Below, in pieces: positions 59,505-64,000 of a stretch of DNA of 64,000 bases (position 1 is its first letter; every line of letters begins with the position of its first letter). The notes under the pieces are model-generated. The model was not told the DNA's origin. It did not search any database and was given only the letters and a program-made list of their open reading frames with translations. The DNA is from Pseudomonadota bacterium (lineage in GTDB: Bacteria > Pseudomonadota > Alphaproteobacteria > Caulobacterales > Parvularculaceae): the NCBI GenBank assembly GCA_039196665.1, contig JBCCUQ010000008.1, positions 1,996 through 65,995 of the forward strand, read 5' to 3'. Made by a program: the position numbers and the translations under genes.

Positions 59505-60647
59505 CTACTGAACCGGTTCCAGACGCAAAATCACGCCCGGTTCAGCATCCGTCATCACATAAAGATACCCATCCGGCCCCATGCGCACCGTGCGAATGCG
59601 CTCGTCCAGTTCCCCAAGCAACGGTTCCTGAAAGAGGACGCGATCGCCATCAAGCTCCATGCGGATGAGCCGCCGGTCACCGAGGCTGCCCATGAACAGG
59701 TCGCCTTGCCAATCGGGAAAATCATCGCCGGTATAAAACGTGAGGCCAGACGGCGCGGTAGAAGGGCGCCAGTATACAACAGGGCCTTCAACGCCGGGCA
59801 ACTGCTCGTCTTCCGTGATCACAGCACCATCATAGTCGATGCCGTAAGTTGCGATTGGCCAGCCATAGTTGCCGCCACGCCGTGCGATATTAACTTCATC
59901 GCCGCCCAATGGTCCGTGTTCTGAGAACCAGAGCGCGCCTGTTTCCGGATGCCATGCGGCGCCTTGCACATTGCGGACGCCATAGGCCCAGATTTCCGGA
60001 CGCGCACTTCCATCACGTGCAAACGGATTGTCCGCCGGAATTGATCCGTCGTCATTGAGACGAAGAATTGAGCCCGTCAGATTGGCGAGGTTTTGCGATT
60101 CATTGGGCAAGTGACGTCGGTCACCGGTCGTGACAATCAGGCGCCCTTCTTCATCCCAGACAAGCCGACACCCTGCATGGGCTGTTTCATTGGAACGATT
60201 ATCCCCGTCAAGAATGACCTCCAGGCCATGCAGTTCGCCACCGTCCAGACGGGCGCGGGCGACGCGACTGACATTGGAGTCGTAAGTCCCGTGATGATAG
60301 CAAAGATAAACCAGCTGGTTGTCAGCGTAGTCCGGATGGAGGGCGACATCGAGCATGCCCAGGCGTCGACCGTTCGGATGATTAAACAACGCCGGCCCGC
60401 CCGTCAGTGGCGCCGAGACCTCTCCATCGCGAACGATGCGCACAGCGCCAGTCCATTCCGTAACGATCAGCCCGCCATCGGGAAGAAAGTCGAGTCCCCA
60501 AGGAAAAGACAATCCTTCCGCCACCATTACCGCCTTAAACGCAGCTTGATGCGACGTTTCCTCAAACATCACATTCCCTGGCGCCGCTTGCGCGGTCGGA
60601 AGCGTTGCGGCGGCGAGGGCGAGAAACAAAACCGGTAATTGGCGCAT
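59505..60647 (-). CDS. PQQ-dependent sugar dehydrogenase (glucose/sorbosone, YliI-like)
   Basis: FPWGLDFLPDG, HAGCRL, IWAYGVRNVQG, EHGPLGGDEVN, RIRTVRMGPDG. Confidence 0.92.
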   Translation of the reverse strand: MRQLPVLFLALAAATLPTAQAAPGNVMFEETSHQAAFKAVMVAEGLSFPWGLDFLPDGGLIVTEWTGAVRIVRDGEVSAPLTGGPALFNHPNGRRLGMLDVALHPDYADNQLVYLCYHHGTYDSNVSRVARARLDGGELHGLEVILDGDNRSNETAHAGCRLVWDEEGRLIVTTGDRRHLPNESQNLANLTGSILRLNDDGSIPADNPFARDGSARPEIWAYGVRNVQGAAWHPETGALWFSEHGPLGGDEVNIARRGGNYGWPIATYGIDYDGAVITEDEQLPGVEGPVVYWRPSTAPSGLTFYTGDDFPDWQGDLFMGSLGDRRLIRMELDGDRVLFQEPLLGELDERIRTVRMGPDGYLYVMTDAEPGVILRLEPVQ

Positions 60648-60697
60648 TGAGCGATATCCTGCTGATGACGATGACGGCAGAATTACCGGCGATCCGC

Positions 60698-60746
60698 TTC
60701 AAGGGTCCCCAAGAGCGCTTCAAGAAAAGTCCAAGATTTCCTCAGG
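60698..60746. repeat. helically phased YYCAAG direct repeats
   Basis: TTCAAG 60698, CCCAAG 60708, TTCAAG 60719, TCCAAG 60730, CTCAGG 60741 (spacing 10, 11, 11, 11). Confidence 0.7.
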
Positions 60747-60819
60747 GCTCAAAAATCAATGTGATTTCCACGACTTAACGGCGCGGGCGCATTTGGGATT
60801 TTCGCTGTTTTCCGGCACT

Positions 60820-62649
60820 ATGAGTGCTCTGGCCAACACTAAAAACGATGCCCTCATGAAACTTCAACTCGGCGACTGGACTATCCAGGAGCACGCCAAT
60901 CTGCTGACACGCGAGGAAAAGGTCGTGCGGCTGGAAAGGCGCGTCATGGCCGTGCTCATGCAACTTATCGAGGCGAACGGGAGCGTCGTCGCCAAGGAAG
61001 AATTGATCGAAAAAGTCTGGAATGGCGCAGCCGTCAGCGATCATTCTGTAGCCAACGCAATCAGTGATTTGCGCCGGGCGCTTGGCGACGATCGAAAAAA
61101 ACCGGACTATATCGAGACCATTCCAAAGCGCGGTTATCGTCTGATCCAGACCGCGCAAACGATAGACACGGACGGGAATAATAAAACGACGGGCGTGTCG
61201 CCATCGCAGCATTCAATGCCGCAAGTCTGGATGTTTGTCGCGTCGGCTCTATTGGTCGGGGTCGTCATCGCCATTGTCTTTTTGCGGCCAACCCCGCCGG
61301 CGAGATTATTCCTTACTGACATTGAAAATGCGACGGGGCAAACTCGCCATGACCTTGCGGCCAACGCTGCGACGGAAATGCTGACGGTATCTCTTTCCGG
61401 CGGCGCTCTTAGACTGGTTCGCTGGCGCGCGCCCTTCGCCGCTGCAAACGACATTCAGACAATGGATCATGACAGAATTGTCTCCGGCCGCATCATCACT
61501 GATGGCGGAACGCCCATTCTTACCCTGGACGTTATCGATCCGGCAGACGGCGCATCAATTTGGGCGAGCGCCTATCCAATGACTGACGCCAACTTCGCCA
61601 CCCTCGCCAATGTTATCGCAGCTGATCTTCGCGAGCCTCTAAGAATTGCGCAGCCCCCGGCGGCATACGCCGCCGCTGAGCCGGACATCGCGGAGGCCTA
61701 TTGGCGCGCGCGTTACCTGTGGAGTTTGCGGGAGCACCAAGCGATACGCCAGGCGCTGCGCATCCTGGAAGGCGTCGTAATCAAAGCGCCCAGCTATGCG
61801 CCGGCGCATGCCGCCATCGCGGATATCTATGCGCACAAGACGGCGGAAGAACTGGGTCTGGAGCGATCCGAAACCTATCCGTTTGCAGAACATCATCTTG
61901 CACGAGCCTTCGCCTTAAACCCTGATCTTGCAGAAGCGTTCATCACCCGCGCCTATCTTGCTTTTTTCCGCGACCGCGACGCCCCACGCGCCATAGCGGA
62001 GATCGATAAAGCTATTGAGGCGCAACCAGCCAACGCCGTCGCATGGCAGACCAAAGGCATGATCGCCAGCGCCGCCGGCGAAGCCCGCATAAGCCTGCAG
62101 GCGATAGAGCGGGCGCATGATCTCGACCCTCTTTCCGCGGGCATCGCCTGGGACAAAGTCTGGTTTCTCTATGTCGCCGACCGCCCGGATGAAGCGCTCG
62201 CGGCAGCGCAGAATGCGCGCCGCATTGCACCACCGGTGCATGTCTATGAAGCGCTCATCCATCTCGCACGTAACGACGAATTAGCGGCTTTTGAAAGCTG
62301 GCTCAATCATGCTTTGGCGCGGGGGCTGCCAAATGAGCGCGGGGCGGAAATTCGTGCTATCGCCAATAAGCAAGGGGCGCGCCGAGGTCTGTCCGCGATT
62401 GCATCAGCAGCCGCGACAAACAGCAACGCCAATCCGCAAAGCTACCGGCAAATCACGCTCCCTCACGCAACGCTGCTTGCAGCATTGGATCAGAACGACG
62501 CTGCAATAGAGCTGCTCCTGAATAATCCGCCTAATGAAAAAAGCTGGTGGTGGAGCTGGTACGATGTGATGCCGGGAATTGATCCACTCAGAGACGACCC
62601 GCGATTACAGTCTCTAACCCTTACGCCTGCCGTCACTGCAGACGGATAG
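60820..62649 (+). CDS. CadC/ToxR-like wHTH-TM-TPR membrane-anchored regulator
   Basis: KEELIEKVW...LRRALGDD...YIETIPKRGYRL OmpR-type wHTH, one TM, TPR repeats; start may be 60856. Confidence 0.88.
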   Translation: MSALANTKNDALMKLQLGDWTIQEHANLLTREEKVVRLERRVMAVLMQLIEANGSVVAKEELIEKVWNGAAVSDHSVANAISDLRRALGDDRKKPDYIETIPKRGYRLIQTAQTIDTDGNNKTTGVSPSQHSMPQVWMFVASALLVGVVIAIVFLRPTPPARLFLTDIENATGQTRHDLAANAATEMLTVSLSGGALRLVRWRAPFAAANDIQTMDHDRIVSGRIITDGGTPILTLDVIDPADGASIWASAYPMTDANFATLANVIAADLREPLRIAQPPAAYAAAEPDIAEAYWRARYLWSLREHQAIRQALRILEGVVIKAPSYAPAHAAIADIYAHKTAEELGLERSETYPFAEHHLARAFALNPDLAEAFITRAYLAFFRDRDAPRAIAEIDKAIEAQPANAVAWQTKGMIASAAGEARISLQAIERAHDLDPLSAGIAWDKVWFLYVADRPDEALAAAQNARRIAPPVHVYEALIHLARNDELAAFESWLNHALARGLPNERGAEIRAIANKQGARRGLSAIASAAATNSNANPQSYRQITLPHATLLAALDQNDAAIELLLNNPPNEKSWWWSWYDVMPGIDPLRDDPRLQSLTLTPAVTADG

Positions 62650-62666
62650 ATTAGAACTCGCCACGT

Positions 62667-63095
62667 TCATTGGCACCAAACGCCTTTGTCGCTGCGAACC
62701 GCCAGGCCTTCCTCAACCAAGGCTGTCGACAGATCGCCGTCTTGTGTCTCAATGCGCGCAACGACACGTCCACCATATTTATCGCGTCCGATATCGTGCA
62801 GCGTCGCGTCGCTACCTTTAAGAAAATCCTCGACAAACCGTTTGGCGAGCTCGGCCTTATCACGTTCGTCAGTACATTGGGGCCGGAACAGCTCCGGCGC
62901 ATCCACCCCGGCTAAGCGAATGGAGACGACAAGCTCCTGATCGATCCAGATGGCGACACGCATCCGCACCGTATCCCCGTCGATAACCCGCTCAACAACC
63001 GCAGGGGCCGGTCCAATGGCGTTCCCGGCGGCGTGCGCATCGGCTGCAGCCATTGCAAACAGCAATATATAAGTGTATAATCTTAACATGCACAC
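62667..63095 (-). CDS. thermonuclease (SNase-like) family protein, exported
   Basis: VIDGDT, IRLAGVDAPE, DKYGGRVVA, LVEEGLA. Confidence 0.92.
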   Translation of the reverse strand: MCMLRLYTYILLFAMAAADAHAAGNAIGPAPAVVERVIDGDTVRMRVAIWIDQELVVSIRLAGVDAPELFRPQCTDERDKAELAKRFVEDFLKGSDATLHDIGRDKYGGRVVARIETQDGDLSTALVEEGLAVRSDKGVWCQ

Positions 63096-63108
63096 TCATA
63101 AGTAGCAT

Positions 63109-63123
63109 GTTCTTTTTATGTTC
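63109..63123. promoter_or_regulatory. alphaproteobacterial LexA (SOS) box GTTC-N7-GTTC
   Basis: GTTC-TTTTTAT-GTTC, exact consensus, ~14 bp upstream of the thermonuclease start. Confidence 0.8.
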
Positions 63124-63135
63124 TCAATATACTTG

Positions 63136-63450
63136 CGACTGAATTAATTAAGCGTAGTCAGCCCGGCGACCGGGATTATGGGGAATATTGACGGGTCAGC
63201 CTTACAGCCGTCAAAAATCGACTGCCCGGTCGCCGCGCCTTGAGACACTTGCCCGATTGTCTCCTGCACCATACCCTGACTTCCGGCGCAGAGGAGAGAC
63301 TGCGCCTCGACTGAATGCAGATATTAACGACAGCCGCGCAATGACGCGGTTATTCGCCGTGGCGCACCCTGGATGGACGCCGCCTACCGACTGGCATTCA
63401 ATTTAATCTGTTGAGTCGCACTCTCCCCCCGAAACACACGGGAAAGGAGC
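63136..63450 (+). ncRNA. candidate structured leader / ncRNA
   Basis: At least five stems of 6-11 bp plus long-range complementarity; no credible ORF. Confidence 0.5.
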
Positions 63451-63456
63451 CCTGTC

Positions 63457-64000
63457 ATGAAACACAACACCCTCCGTGTAATATTGCACGCTATTGTCGC
63501 GGCATTCGCGATGCAGTCCGCACAAGCCGTCGACTTCGTTATCGTCTACGACCCCAACGATCCTCAAGGCATTGATCCGTGCACACCGAATATGGATTTT
63601 AAAGTTTGCCCGAACGGCGCGCCCGACACAGAAAAAATGGTGGACATTATTGAAGCCGCCGCCGCCCACTGGTCTGACATCATTGAAGACGACCACTCTA
63701 TTTTGATCAAGGCGGCCTGGTTTAACCCCGCCTTTGGCAGCAAACCGGAAGCGTCGATTGAAGACACCGATGCGGATGGGCGCACCACAGTCGCGCGCAT
63801 TAGGATCGGACCAACGCTGAAATATTTCTACGACCCGACGCCGAATGACGACACCGAATTCAATATGCGCCCGGCGCTGTTCAGAACACTGAACCCCAAT
63901 GAACGATTTGAAGCTTTTTCCGTTCAGCCGATTATGTCGCAATGGGACGCGGTCGAGCTTGCTGATATCGGTGTTTCCGAGGACAGCACACCAGATTATG
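63457..64000 (+). CDS. exported protein, possibly matrixin-like metalloprotease (partial, runs off right edge)
   Basis: RBS AAGGAG; MKHNTLRVILHAIVAAFAMQSAQA signal; EAAAAHWSDII and YFYDPTPNDDTEF resemble N-terminal parts of bacterial matrixin-type proteins; open to the window end; HExxH not visible. Confidence 0.7.
   Translation, partial: MKHNTLRVILHAIVAAFAMQSAQAVDFVIVYDPNDPQGIDPCTPNMDFKVCPNGAPDTEKMVDIIEAAAAHWSDIIEDDHSILIKAAWFNPAFGSKPEASIEDTDADGRTTVARIRIGPTLKYFYDPTPNDDTEFNMRPALFRTLNPNERFEAFSVQPIMSQWDAVELADIGVSEDSTPDY

Noticed and set aside
62654-62668. GAAC-N7-GTTC palindrome
   Set aside because: Inverted rather than direct repeat and located at convergent gene ends; not a LexA box.
1-64000. 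CRISPR arrays, IS elements, prophage or defence genes, rRNA
   Set aside because: No repeat-spacer arrays, transposase/integrase motifs, phage genes or rRNA signatures recognised.

Overview
Core-chromosome segment of a GC-rich alphaproteobacterium. Gene set and protein style suggest a marine Parvularculaceae/Caulobacterales-like organism (inference). No rRNA, CRISPR, IS or prophage is evident. Housekeeping content: a sulfate-assimilation operon (cysG-DUF2849-GST-cysI-DUF934-cysH) opposite a GcvA-like LysR, cysS, hisI, pyrD, class I lysS, prkA-yeaH-spoVR, hisC-tyrA, gloB, tRNA-Gly(CCC), dcd, apaG and trkH. Small regulator/effector cassettes are interspersed, several with operators readable in the DNA: a TetR triple palindrome, a YafY/WYL palindrome, helically phased repeats beside a CadC-like regulator, and an alphaproteobacterial LexA box before a thermonuclease. 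Main leads: (1) a ~500-nt hairpin-rich non-coding unit at ~47.67-48.17 kb with its own promoter and terminator; (2) a stand-alone operon with a 29-aa membrane peptide, an AurF-like diiron protein, a secreted Cys-rich protein and an OsmC-like protein lacking the usual second Cys, opposite a SARP-alpha/beta-hydrolase regulator; (3) a tandem-hairpin sRNA candidate with repeated (anti-)Shine-Dalgarno loops at 11.9-12.1 kb; (4) a ~300-nt structured leader before a secreted protein at the right edge. All family calls are from motif recognition by eye; no database searches were run.
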